Of a stretch of DNA of 64,000 nt, positions 39,107 through 48,483 are shown piece by piece. Positions within the stretch are counted from its first letter, which is position 1. The number at the start of each line of letters is the position of its first letter. Source of the stretch: Bacillota bacterium (GTDB taxonomy: Bacteria > Bacillota > Clostridia > Acetivibrionales > DTU013); assembly GCA_023412915.1 (NCBI GenBank), contig JAEZRE010000001.1, positions 23,040-87,039 on the forward strand, written 5' to 3'. The position numbers and the translations under genes are program-made. The notes under the pieces are model-generated. The model saw only the letters and a list, made by a program, of their open reading frames with translations. It was not told where the DNA came from and did no database searches.

Positions 39107-40792
39107 GTGTACAAGCTCCTATTGGTCGATGATGAAAACGACGTCAGAGAAGGGATTCTGCAGGAAATTGACTGGAAGGCTAATGGCTTTGAGGTCGTTG
39201 GGACAGCGGAAAACGGGAAGGAAGCCTATGACCTGGTAGAGAGGTTTGTCCCTGATATAGTTGTCACCGATATCAAAATGCCATTCATGGATGGGCTTGC
39301 CTTGACTGAACTGATCCGCCGGAGATATCCCGCCGTCTGTATCGTCATACTGACCGGCTTTGATGAATTCGAATTCGCACAGAAAGCAATCAGGCTTCAT
39401 GTAGATGAATATGTACTTAAGCCTTTTTCCTCGCAGGAACTGCTCCAGGTATTGGTAAGGATCAGACAGATGAAGGATGAGGAGGCTGCTGAAAAGAGGA
39501 ATATCCTGAAGCTCCGGGAGCTCTATAATGAAAGCCTTCCGGTGCTTAAAGCCAACTTTCTCACTCTTTTGATCACTAAAAAGCTGGAGGAAGCGGAAAT
39601 CCTTGATAAATCGTGCAAACTGGATATTGATCTATGTAAAAAAGGTTTTCTGGTGTCGGTTATCAGGCTTGATCTGATGTGGCTCAATTCGCCTGAAGAG
39701 AACCCGGTGGTCGAACAGGGAGAGGGAACCGTTGCGGAAAACCGGGATGAGGACGGGGAGCTGAACCTGTTTGCCGTTCTGAACATTGTTGAGGAGCTTG
39801 TGGAAAAACACGCTCTGGGAATTGTTTTCATCCATAACGGCGATATCGTTGTATTAAGCCTGAACGAAGCAGAGGAAAGCGAGGCGTTTATTGCTCTGAC
39901 CATTAACGCTCTGGAAGAAATCCGCTACTCTGTGGAAAAGTATCTGGGACTGTCAGTAACAGCCGGTGTGGGTACGTTCTGCGATTCTGTTACCGGTATC
40001 AGCAATTCTTACAAGGATGCGCGTCTGGCACTTGATTACAAAGTATTGCTGGGAAACAACAGGATAATATTGATCAGCGATCTCGAAGTTCGCAATGCCA
40101 AAAAGGCTGTTTTCGATGAATTGAAGGAAGATATCCTCGCCTACTGCATAAAGGTAGGTGCGTTTTCTGAAGTCACGAAACTCATAGATACGGTTTTCAA
40201 CGACCTTGCCGAAGCCGGTGCTTCCTTCAAGGAATGCCAGCTATATCTGATGGAAATCGTGACGTCTCTCTTGAAAATTGCTAAAAACTCCAACGTTGAT
40301 ATCAATTGTATCATAGATGACAGTTTCAAATTGTTCCCGGAGATCGGCCGCTTTAACAATCTGCAGGAGGCAAGGAACTGGACTCTTGGCGTCTGTAACA
40401 GAATAGCGGACATCATCGCCAGCAACAGGCAGGATAATTTCAGACAAATAGTAGCCAATGCGAAGGAGTTTACCAGAAACCATTTCCATGAGAGCGATCT
40501 TACGATCAACAAGGTATGCGGGGAGCTGCACATCAGTCCCAGTTACTTCTGTACCATATTCAAAAAAGAGACTAAATCCACCTATCTGGCTTATCTCGTT
40601 CAGCTTAGAATGGATACCGCACGGGAGCTGCTGCGGATGACCGACCTTAAATCCTTTGAGATCGCCGAACGGATAGGATTTTCCGACGCGAATTATTTCA
40701 GTAACAGCTTTAAGAAATATACGGGGTATTCTCCTTCCGAATTCAGAAATAGAAGTCGAGGTCAAAGTGTTGGGGAAAGAGCATTTTATTAA
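39107..40792 (+). CDS. Response regulator with an AraC-type HTH output (YesN-like)
   Basis: REC domain (LLLVDDE..TDIKMPFMDG..KP) and a C-terminal AraC HTH (ANYFSNSFKKYTGYSPSEFR). Confidence 0.9.
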   Translation: MYKLLLVDDENDVREGILQEIDWKANGFEVVGTAENGKEAYDLVERFVPDIVVTDIKMPFMDGLALTELIRRRYPAVCIVILTGFDEFEFAQKAIRLHVDEYVLKPFSSQELLQVLVRIRQMKDEEAAEKRNILKLRELYNESLPVLKANFLTLLITKKLEEAEILDKSCKLDIDLCKKGFLVSVIRLDLMWLNSPEENPVVEQGEGTVAENRDEDGELNLFAVLNIVEELVEKHALGIVFIHNGDIVVLSLNEAEESEAFIALTINALEEIRYSVEKYLGLSVTAGVGTFCDSVTGISNSYKDARLALDYKVLLGNNRIILISDLEVRNAKKAVFDELKEDILAYCIKVGAFSEVTKLIDTVFNDLAEAGASFKECQLYLMEIVTSLLKIAKNSNVDINCIIDDSFKLFPEIGRFNNLQEARNWTLGVCNRIADIIASNRQDNFRQIVANAKEFTRNHFHESDLTINKVCGELHISPSYFCTIFKKETKSTYLAYLVQLRMDTARELLRMTDLKSFEIAERIGFSDANYFSNSFKKYTGYSPSEFRNRSRGQSVGERAFY

Positions 40793-42566
40793 AACACTGT
40801 TAAAACCGTTCCATACGTTGTTTGAATTTCTGAGAGTCAGGAGCATACAGTTCTTCATCTCTTCCTCCATCATGCTCATTACCCTCACCGCGATGCTTTT
40901 TGTCGGACTGATGCTGTACAGCAAGTTCAATAAATCGGCGGAACAGAACGCTATCATCAGCACCAGGCAGGTGATCGACCAGGTCAATCTGAATCTGGAT
41001 TATTATCTTCGCAGCATGATGGAGATATCGGATTCTTTGAACGACCTGATCGGATATAAGCAGGATATCGATGAGAACAGGCTGATCGAGCAGATGAATG
41101 TGATCCTCGATACGAGGAAGGATATCGTTTCCCTCGGCATATTTTCCAGAGAAGGCAAGGTTGTAGTCGGCTCGCCCTCATATAAAATGAAGGACGTAAA
41201 CATCACCATACAGGATTGGTTCAGCGAACCTGTGAACGAACCCGCAAACCTTTATTTTTCTTCACCTCATGTGCAGAATATCTTCGAAAGCCGGCATAAC
41301 TGGGTGGTTTCTCTCAGCAGGGAAGTCGCCTTCTATAAAAACAATGCAAAGGAACAAGGCGTACTGCTCGTCGATATGAATTTCAGCTCTCTTGACCAGC
41401 TCTGCCAGAAGGCAAAGCTTGGTAAAAAGGGGTACATCTATCTTGTGGATTCCAGCGGAAATATCGTGTATCACCCGCAGCAGCAGCTGATCAACGCCGG
41501 ACTGAAATCGGAAAATGTGGAAGAAGTGATGAATCACATCTCCGGAATCTATTTCGATAAATTCAACGGTCAGAATCGCATGATCACGATCCAAACCGTC
41601 AATTTCTGCAGGTGGAGAATCGTTGGTATAGCCTACATGGACGAAATCGTTACAACTAAAAAGGAGATCGGTGTTTTTATCTTTTGGACCTTCCTTTTCG
41701 GCACGGTGTTTGTATTCTTCATCTCCGCCTTTCTTTCCGCAAAGATATCCCAGCCGATAAAAGCTCTTGAAAAATCCATGAAAAAGGTGGAAGAGGGCAT
41801 GCTGGACATCGACTTCGGTGTGAAGGGCGAGACGGAAGTCGCAAAACTGGCAGGTACGTATAAAATGATGCTGACCAGAATCCGGCATCTTATGGACCAG
41901 ATCGTGGTTGAGCAGGAATCCAAGCGGAACGCGGAATTTGAGGTGCTGCAATCCCAGATAAACCCCCATTTTCTTTATAACACACTGAATTCAGTGGTCC
42001 GTATGGTGGAATGCGGAAAGAAGGAGGATGCGATCACCATGATCACTTCTCTTTCCAGACTGTTCCGTATCAGTATCAGCAAAGGCAGAAACATCATCAC
42101 CATTCAGGAGGAACTGGAGCACGCCAGCCATTACCTGACCATCCAGCAGATCCGATATAAAAACAAGTTCCAGTTTGAGATAAATTCTCAGAAAGCAGTG
42201 CTGCAATGCAGAATTATCAAGCTTATTCTTCAGCCAATCATCGAAAACGCCATTTACCATGGAATTGAACATATGGTGGACGACGGGCAAATCAAGGTCA
42301 CTGCGGAGATATTCAACGGAAAGCTGCTGCTCCAGGTGTCGGATAACGGGGCGGGGATAAGGCGCGAGGTGTTGGAAAACATCCTTGCCGCGCGAATGGA
42401 AAACAAAGAGGGCAGGGGAGTAGGCGTAAAAAACGTGCATGATAGGATACAGCTTTATTATGGCAAGGAGTATGGTTTGGAATTCGAAAGCGAGGTTGAC
42501 GTCGGTACAACCGTTAAAATCTGGCTCCCTTATGTGGGAGAGCTCGCAGCCGGGGGTGCGGAATGA
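40767..42566 (+). CDS. Sensor histidine kinase (YesM/LytS-like: two TM helices, HAMP, His_kinase, HATPase)
   Basis: LQSQINPHFLYNTLNS H-box, N box IIENAIYHG, G boxes DNGAGI and GVGVKNV. Confidence 0.9.
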   Translation: MLGKEHFIKTLLKPFHTLFEFLRVRSIQFFISSSIMLITLTAMLFVGLMLYSKFNKSAEQNAIISTRQVIDQVNLNLDYYLRSMMEISDSLNDLIGYKQDIDENRLIEQMNVILDTRKDIVSLGIFSREGKVVVGSPSYKMKDVNITIQDWFSEPVNEPANLYFSSPHVQNIFESRHNWVVSLSREVAFYKNNAKEQGVLLVDMNFSSLDQLCQKAKLGKKGYIYLVDSSGNIVYHPQQQLINAGLKSENVEEVMNHISGIYFDKFNGQNRMITIQTVNFCRWRIVGIAYMDEIVTTKKEIGVFIFWTFLFGTVFVFFISAFLSAKISQPIKALEKSMKKVEEGMLDIDFGVKGETEVAKLAGTYKMMLTRIRHLMDQIVVEQESKRNAEFEVLQSQINPHFLYNTLNSVVRMVECGKKEDAITMITSLSRLFRISISKGRNIITIQEELEHASHYLTIQQIRYKNKFQFEINSQKAVLQCRIIKLILQPIIENAIYHGIEHMVDDGQIKVTAEIFNGKLLLQVSDNGAGIRREVLENILAARMENKEGRGVGVKNVHDRIQLYYGKEYGLEFESEVDVGTTVKIWLPYVGELAAGGAE

Positions 42567-43543
42567 ACAAGAAGGGAAAGCTGCTCGTCCTGTTCCTTGT
42601 TATTATGATTTTGCCCAGTATTAGCGGCTGTCAGAGGAATCTCAACCTCGAAGGCACCACAAAAAATATTGCGCTCATCGTAAGAATGAATAACGGGTAT
42701 TACTGGGGTTCCGTAAAACTGGGCGCCGATGCGGCGGCTAACGAATTCAATGTGAATGTGCGTTATACTGCTCCGGAGGACGAGGAGGATGTGGAAGGTC
42801 AGATCCGTTTAGTCAACTCGGAGCTGGATCAGAAGGTGGACGCGTTGATCCTTGCGGCAAGCGATTACAACGCGCTTGTCGAAGTGACGGAAAGAGCCGC
42901 CGGCATGCATATTCCAGTCATTATCATCGATTCGGAAGTAAATACCGACAAGATCGACAGCTATATCGCCACGGACAATAACGACGCCGGAATCAAGGCA
43001 GGCAAGCAGCTTGTCAAGCTTCTTGCAGGAAGCGAAGGGGAGAAAAAGGTAGGCATTATGAACTTCGTAAAGGGTACCAGGAATGCCGAGCAGAGGGAAG
43101 AAGGCCTGCTGAAGGCTATATCCGCCTACCCCGGCATCAAGGTAGTAGCGAAGGAATACTGTTCTTCCGATAAAAAGCTGGCGTCCGAGCTGACACAAAA
43201 GATGATCCGGGATAACAATGATATCCGCGCCATAGTTGCGTTGAACGCCATATCTTCGGAGGGGGTCGCAGAAGCGGTTTCACAGTTGGACCTGGCTGGA
43301 AAGGTGAACATCATCGCTTTTGACAGCACGCCCAATGAGATCGATTATATGGAAAAAGGCGTCATACAGGTATTGATCACTCAGAATCCGTTCAATATGG
43401 GATATCTGAGTGTGAAATACGCGGTCGACGCGATGAATGGGGTAAGCATCGGCAAGTACTATGATACGGGGTCGGAAATAATCAATAAGGACAATATGTA
43501 TCTGCCGGAAAACCAGAGGCTTCTATTCCCGTTCATTAAATAG
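42563..43543 (+). CDS. Periplasmic sugar-binding protein, probable sensor partner of the HK (three-component system)
   Basis: Lipoprotein signal (PSISGC) and a type I PBP fold (LILAASDY, IIDSEV, IIAFDSTP). It is translationally coupled to the HK gene by an ATGA overlap. Confidence 0.8.
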   Translation: MNKKGKLLVLFLVIMILPSISGCQRNLNLEGTTKNIALIVRMNNGYYWGSVKLGADAAANEFNVNVRYTAPEDEEDVEGQIRLVNSELDQKVDALILAASDYNALVEVTERAAGMHIPVIIIDSEVNTDKIDSYIATDNNDAGIKAGKQLVKLLAGSEGEKKVGIMNFVKGTRNAEQREEGLLKAISAYPGIKVVAKEYCSSDKKLASELTQKMIRDNNDIRAIVALNAISSEGVAEAVSQLDLAGKVNIIAFDSTPNEIDYMEKGVIQVLITQNPFNMGYLSVKYAVDAMNGVSIGKYYDTGSEIINKDNMYLPENQRLLFPFIK

Positions 43544-43602
43544 CATATCAGACATCGGATGTAAAATGTGGCAGAACACAAAGCAGTGCAGGAGGCGCCG
43601 AA

Positions 43603-44607
43603 ATGAGGAGAATCCTATCGGTATTTCTAATGGCGTGTTTGCTGGGTTGCGCGGCAGCCGGATGCGGAAGCGGCGCCGGACCCCGCAACGTACGAATTGG
43701 CTGTGCGATCTACAAATTTGACGACACGTTCATGACTACTGTGAGAAACTATATATCGGAGGCTGCCGTAGGGAAGGCTGAGGTGGAAATCGTAGACAGC
43801 CAGAATTCGCAGCAAATCCAGAACGACAAGATAGATCTGTTCATTGCAAAGAAGGTGAAGGCGCTGGCCATCAACCCGGTGGACCGGACGACGGCGGGCG
43901 TTATGCTTGAAAAGGCGAGGAAGGCAAATATCCCCATCGTTTTTTTCAACAAGGAACCGCTGGCTGATGACATGAAGAAATGGGACAAGGTTTTTTATGT
44001 GGGGGCCAAGGCTGAAGAATCCGGCGCTATGCAGGGAGAACTGGTGGCGAACTATTGGAAAACCCACCCGGAAGCGGACATAAACAAGGATGGCATCATG
44101 CAATATGTCATGCTGAAGGGTGAGCCTGCACATCAGGATGCGGAGCTTCGGACGAAGTATTCGGTACAGACGGTTCAGGACGCCGGCATCGAGGTGGAAA
44201 AGCTGGCGGAGGATAACGCCGACTGGGACCGGGTAAAAGGCCAGGAAAAGATGTCGGCATTTCTTGCGACAAATGGTGACAGGATTGAAGTGGTATTTTC
44301 CAACAACGATGATATGGCGCTGGGTGCGATCGAAGCGCTCAAAGCGGCGGGATATTTCAGGGACGGCAGATATATTCCGGTTGTAGGGATAGATGCAATC
44401 ACTCCGGCTCTTCAGGCGATAAAAGAAGGGACGCTTCTGGGAACGGTGTTCAACGACGGTGAAAATCAGGGCCGGGCAACCTTCAATCTCGCGCTTGCCC
44501 TGGCTCAGGGGAAACCGGCCAGCAAGGAAACCGTCGGATATGAAATCACGGATGGGAAATATATTTGGGTACCGTACAAAAAAGTAACGAGGAACGATAT
44601 TCAGTAG
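43603..44607 (+). CDS. mglB: Galactose/glucose (methyl-galactoside) ABC transporter substrate-binding lipoprotein, copy 1
   Basis: Lipobox LLGCAAAGC. IGCAIYKFDDTFMTTVRN..VFFNKEP..YYVGA..LKGEPAHQDAELR aligns along its whole length with E. coli MglB. Confidence 0.85.
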   Translation: MRRILSVFLMACLLGCAAAGCGSGAGPRNVRIGCAIYKFDDTFMTTVRNYISEAAVGKAEVEIVDSQNSQQIQNDKIDLFIAKKVKALAINPVDRTTAGVMLEKARKANIPIVFFNKEPLADDMKKWDKVFYVGAKAEESGAMQGELVANYWKTHPEADINKDGIMQYVMLKGEPAHQDAELRTKYSVQTVQDAGIEVEKLAEDNADWDRVKGQEKMSAFLATNGDRIEVVFSNNDDMALGAIEALKAAGYFRDGRYIPVVGIDAITPALQAIKEGTLLGTVFNDGENQGRATFNLALALAQGKPASKETVGYEITDGKYIWVPYKKVTRNDIQ

Positions 44608-44709
44608 GATTTTCAAGATCATCTCGCAGGATTTTATATTCTACATCCCGCAAACCTGAGATATTATGAAAGCACCCCGGTACTATAATAAATTTTGGAG
44701 GTGCTTTCT

Positions 44710-45723
44710 GTGAAAAAGTTCGTTTCCTTTCTTCTTGTAGCACTATTGATGGTAAGCATGTGCGCGGCCTGCACACCGGCAGACGGCGGGAAACCTTCCA
44801 TCGGCGTAACCATTTACAAATTCGACGACACATTCATGACTTCCGTACGTAACACAATCGCAGCGGAGGGGAAAGACCAGGCAAACGTTGAAATCGCTGA
44901 CTGTCAGAATTCCCAGCCGACCTGTAATGACAAGGTTGACATGTTTATTACCAAGAAGGTAAAATCTCTTGCCATCAACATGGTCGACCGTACCGCATCA
45001 GGCGTTATTATCGACAAAGCCAAGGCCAAGAACATTCCGGTCGTGTTCTTCAACCGGCAGCCGTTGGAAGAAGACATGGCAAAATGGGATAAGGTTTATT
45101 ATGTAGGCGCCCATGCCGAAGAATCAGGAGTCATGGAAGGCCAGATGCTGGTCGACTATTGGAAGGCACACAAGGAGATGGATGTAAACGGGGATGGCGT
45201 GATGCAGTATGTTATGATCAAGGGCGAACCCGGACATCAGGATTCTGAAGCACGTGCCAAATATTCTGTCGAGACCATAGAAAAAGCTGGGATCAAGACG
45301 GAAAAACTGGCTGAAGACAATGCAAACTGGGATCGTGTAAAGGGTCAGGAAAAGATGGCTGCATTCCTTACCGCCAACAGCGGTAAAATCGAAGCTGTTA
45401 TCGCCTGCAACGACGATATGGCCCTCGGCGCCATCGAAGCCTTGAAGGCTGCAGGTTACTTCACCGGCGACAAATACATGCCTGTGGTAGGTGTTGACGC
45501 CACAGCTCCCGGCCTCGCGGCAATCAAAGACGGCACGCTCCTTGGAACGGCCTATAATGACGGTATAAACCAGGGTAAAGCAACATATAAGATAGCATAC
45601 CTTCTTGCCAAAGGCGAAAAGCTTACCAAGGAGAATGTAGGGTATGACATAGTGGACGGCAAGTATGTCTGGGTACCGTATAAGGGTATTACAAAGGCAA
45701 ACATGAGTGAAGTTCCGCAATAA
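44710..45723 (+). CDS. mglB: Galactose/glucose ABC transporter substrate-binding lipoprotein, copy 2
   Basis: GTG start after a GGAGG RBS, and lipobox SMCAAC. IGVTIYKFDDTFMTSVRN..VFFNRQP..IKGEPGHQDSEAR is a tandem paralogue of the preceding gene. Confidence 0.85.
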   Translation: MKKFVSFLLVALLMVSMCAACTPADGGKPSIGVTIYKFDDTFMTSVRNTIAAEGKDQANVEIADCQNSQPTCNDKVDMFITKKVKSLAINMVDRTASGVIIDKAKAKNIPVVFFNRQPLEEDMAKWDKVYYVGAHAEESGVMEGQMLVDYWKAHKEMDVNGDGVMQYVMIKGEPGHQDSEARAKYSVETIEKAGIKTEKLAEDNANWDRVKGQEKMAAFLTANSGKIEAVIACNDDMALGAIEALKAAGYFTGDKYMPVVGVDATAPGLAAIKDGTLLGTAYNDGINQGKATYKIAYLLAKGEKLTKENVGYDIVDGKYVWVPYKGITKANMSEVPQ

Positions 45724-45773
45724 GAAGCAACAGTCCGGAATCAGAATCCGGTAGCATTTTTGGATAAATCCAT

Positions 45774-45804
45774 GGGGGGTTTTATACCCCCCGGGATTTC
45801 TTTT
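45774..45804 (+). terminator. Intercistronic stem-loop / partial terminator after the binding-protein genes
   Basis: GGGGGG-TTTTATA-CCCCCC followed by GGGATTTCTTTT. Confidence 0.45.
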
Positions 45805-45839
45805 ATGACTGAATAAGAGTAGAACACAGGGGGAGCAAG

Positions 45840-47357
45840 ATGGATGAAAATGAGTTTATTTTGGAAATGAATCATATTTCTAAGGAATTTCCCGGTGTGA
45901 AAGCTCTCAATGACGTAACTGTCAAACTCCGCGCAGGCACGGTTCATGCACTGATGGGCGAAAATGGAGCTGGGAAATCGACACTGATGAAATGTCTTTT
46001 TGGCATCTACATCCAGGATTCAGGCGAAATCATTCTGGATGGGAAAAAGATGGAGATCAATGATTCCAAAACTGCGCTGAAGCTTGGGATTTCCATGATT
46101 CATCAGGAGCTTCAGTCCATACCGTACCGCAGCGTTATGGAAAACATATGGCTGGGACGGTTTCCTCTGAAAAGATTTGGCCCGATCAAACTGGTTAATC
46201 ACAAAAAAATGTACAATGATACGGAAAAGTTACTTAAGGACCTCAACATGGATATCGATCCTGCAGCCATTGTCAACAAGCTTTCCGTTTCAAAGGTACA
46301 GTCAATGGAGATTGCAAAGGCGACATCCATGAATGCAAAGGTCATTATCATGGACGAACCGACCTCCTCTCTGACGGAGAATGAAGTCGAACATTTGTTT
46401 AGAATCATACGCGATTTGAAAAGACAAGGCGTCGCGATTATTTACATATCGCATAAAATTGAAGAAATCCTGCAGATCTCGGATGAGGTAACGATAATGC
46501 GGGATGGAATGTGCGTCGGGACATGGCCGTCCTCGGAGCTGACAATGGACTTGATCATTTCCAGAATGGTAGGGCGTGACCTGATTCACAGATTTCCAGA
46601 GCGTTCGAATATACCGTCGGATGTCGTGCTGAAGGTGGAAAATCTGACCTCCCCTTATCCGAAGTGCTTCAGGGATGTTTCCTTCGACCTGCGCAGAGGG
46701 GAGATACTTGGCGTCGGAGGACTGGTTGGAGCTCAAAGAACGGAGCTGATAGAGGCGATCTTCGGACTCAGGAGCATTGAGTCCGGGAGGATTCTGCTAA
46801 ACGGCCGGGAGGTTAAAATCAAATCGCCGCTGGAGGCTATCAAGATGAAAATAGCTCTGCTGACCGAGGAACGCAGGGCCAGCGGTATTTTCCCACTGCT
46901 TTCCGTACTGGAGAATACGGTCATCGCGAACCTGGCAGGTTATGTGAAACGGCTGTTTCTGCTCGATGACAGGGGAAGACTGGCCGACACGCTGAAAAGC
47001 ATAGAAATGCTCCGTATAAAAACTCCCTCCTTCAAGGCGCTTATCAAGGATTTGTCCGGCGGTAACCAGCAAAAGGTCCTCTTTGCCAGATGGTTGCTGA
47101 CCCAACCGGATATATTGCTGCTTGACGAGCCGACACGCGGAATCGATGTCGGGGCGAAGTTTGAAATCTATACGATTATCGCTAATCTGGCCATGCAAGG
47201 CAAGAGCATTATAATGATCTCTTCTGAAATGCCTGAATTGCTCGGCATGTCGGATAGGATCATGGTTATGTGTGAAGGAAGGCTCTCTGGAGTTGTAAAC
47301 GGAAAGGAAACTAGCCAGGAAGAGATCATGCAGCTTGCGAGTCAATTTATGGCATAG
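45840..47357 (+). CDS. mglA: Sugar ABC transporter ATPase with duplicated ABC domains (MglA-like)
   Basis: Two nucleotide-binding domains: GENGAGKST / LSVSKVQ in the first, and LSGGNQQK / LLLDEPTRGID in the second. Confidence 0.9.
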   Translation: MDENEFILEMNHISKEFPGVKALNDVTVKLRAGTVHALMGENGAGKSTLMKCLFGIYIQDSGEIILDGKKMEINDSKTALKLGISMIHQELQSIPYRSVMENIWLGRFPLKRFGPIKLVNHKKMYNDTEKLLKDLNMDIDPAAIVNKLSVSKVQSMEIAKATSMNAKVIIMDEPTSSLTENEVEHLFRIIRDLKRQGVAIIYISHKIEEILQISDEVTIMRDGMCVGTWPSSELTMDLIISRMVGRDLIHRFPERSNIPSDVVLKVENLTSPYPKCFRDVSFDLRRGEILGVGGLVGAQRTELIEAIFGLRSIESGRILLNGREVKIKSPLEAIKMKIALLTEERRASGIFPLLSVLENTVIANLAGYVKRLFLLDDRGRLADTLKSIEMLRIKTPSFKALIKDLSGGNQQKVLFARWLLTQPDILLLDEPTRGIDVGAKFEIYTIIANLAMQGKSIIMISSEMPELLGMSDRIMVMCEGRLSGVVNGKETSQEEIMQLASQFMA

Positions 47358-47376
47358 GAAAGGTAGGAATCACGCA

Positions 47377-48393
47377 ATGGACGATTTAAGAACGATGAAT
47401 GGTTCCAAAAGATTAATAGAGTTAATAAAACAAAACGCGATATTTGTGAGTCTTGTAGTACTGGTCCTGATCATCATAGCGGTAAATCCGGCTTTCTTGA
47501 GTTTTACGGTCCTGCGTGACATCCTGATCCAGGTATCGACAAGAATCATTATCGCGCTGGGCGCCGCAATCGTTTTAATCACGGCGGGATGCGATCTTTC
47601 AGCCGGACGTATGGTGGGAATCGCCGCGGTATTATCAGGGTCTCTTCTTCAGACACAGGAATATGCCAGAAGGTTTTATCCGAATATGCAGGACCTGCCT
47701 ATATGGCTTCCGATTGTGATCGGTATCGTAGCGTGTTTGCTTTTTGGCCTTCTGAACGGTTTTTTTGTATCCCGGTTCAGTGTCCCTCCATTTATAGCTA
47801 CTTTGGCGACCACCTGTATTCTTTACGGTGCAAATTCACTGTATGTCAGCATCAAACCGAACGAATCCCAACCAATTGCCGGGTATCGTCCCGATTTTAC
47901 CTTTTTGGGGTCCGGGTATGTTTTGGGTATTCCCGTCATCATCATGATTGCTGTTGCCGTCACCCTGATAACATGGGTGCTGCTTAACAAGACCAGGTTT
48001 GGAAAGAATATTTATGCAGTAGGCGGTAACGTCACCGCTGCCAAGGTATCGGGAATCAATGTGAATCGTACCTTACTGGGTGTATATGCATATGCCGGAG
48101 CACTTTATGGACTTGCCGGCGTTTTGGAATCCGCGAGGACCGGAGGAGCGAACAACAACTACGGTGTGGGCTATGAACTGGATGCCATTGCGGCTTCTGT
48201 CGTAGGCGGAGTTTCTCTGATGGGAGGCATCGGCACTGTTCCGGGTATTATAATCGGTGTTCTGATCTTCGGCGTATTGAATTACGGCTTGACCTTTGTA
48301 GGAATGAATCCATATTGGCAGCAGATCATCAAGGGCGCAATCATTGTTGTTGCTGTTGCATTTGATATACGGAAGTATCTTACGAAAAAATAA
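47377..48393 (+). CDS. mglC: Sugar ABC transporter permease (MglC/RbsC family)
   Basis: Polytopic protein with GGIDLSAGR-like TAGCDLSAGRMVG and AVGGNVTAAKVSGINV motifs. The start was set at the ATG at 47377, after an AAAGGTAGGA RBS. Confidence 0.88.
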   Translation: MDDLRTMNGSKRLIELIKQNAIFVSLVVLVLIIIAVNPAFLSFTVLRDILIQVSTRIIIALGAAIVLITAGCDLSAGRMVGIAAVLSGSLLQTQEYARRFYPNMQDLPIWLPIVIGIVACLLFGLLNGFFVSRFSVPPFIATLATTCILYGANSLYVSIKPNESQPIAGYRPDFTFLGSGYVLGIPVIIMIAVAVTLITWVLLNKTRFGKNIYAVGGNVTAAKVSGINVNRTLLGVYAYAGALYGLAGVLESARTGGANNNYGVGYELDAIAASVVGGVSLMGGIGTVPGIIIGVLIFGVLNYGLTFVGMNPYWQQIIKGAIIVVAVAFDIRKYLTKK

Positions 48394-48451
48394 AGCGGAG
48401 CTGCGCCGGGATCCGGTAATTAGTATGAGCCGGTGGTCTCCGTTTTCGGGC

Positions 48452-48483
48452 GTGTTCCAAAACGGTATGCAGGGTGGGGTACC
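48452..48483. other. attR (P arm - TG - B' arm)
   Basis: GTGTTCCAAAACGGTATGC-AGGG-TG-GGGTACC, with the central TG at 48475-48476. Confidence 0.7.

Larger units (their letters stand above)
37077..48476. mobile_element. 11,400-bp integrated element bounded by attL/attR, with a large serine recombinase and sugar-sensing/transport cargo
   Basis: It splits one ldt gene. The recombinase gene ends 27 bp from attL. Terminal inverted repeats match 16/19 nt, with the outer 12 perfect. A shared TGGGG core occurs at both junctions. Confidence 0.8.

Noticed and set aside
48433-48474. The GTG at 48433 as a genuine start for an independently expressed C-terminal ldt fragment.
   Set aside because: It has no RBS, and the first 14 codons are element (attP arm) sequence. 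The product would also lack a signal or anchor for export.
37077-48476. The element as a prophage, an ICE or a composite transposon.
   Set aside because: It has no capsid, tail, terminase, relaxase, T4SS or transposase genes and no IS-like ends. Only one recombinase gene and metabolic cargo are present.
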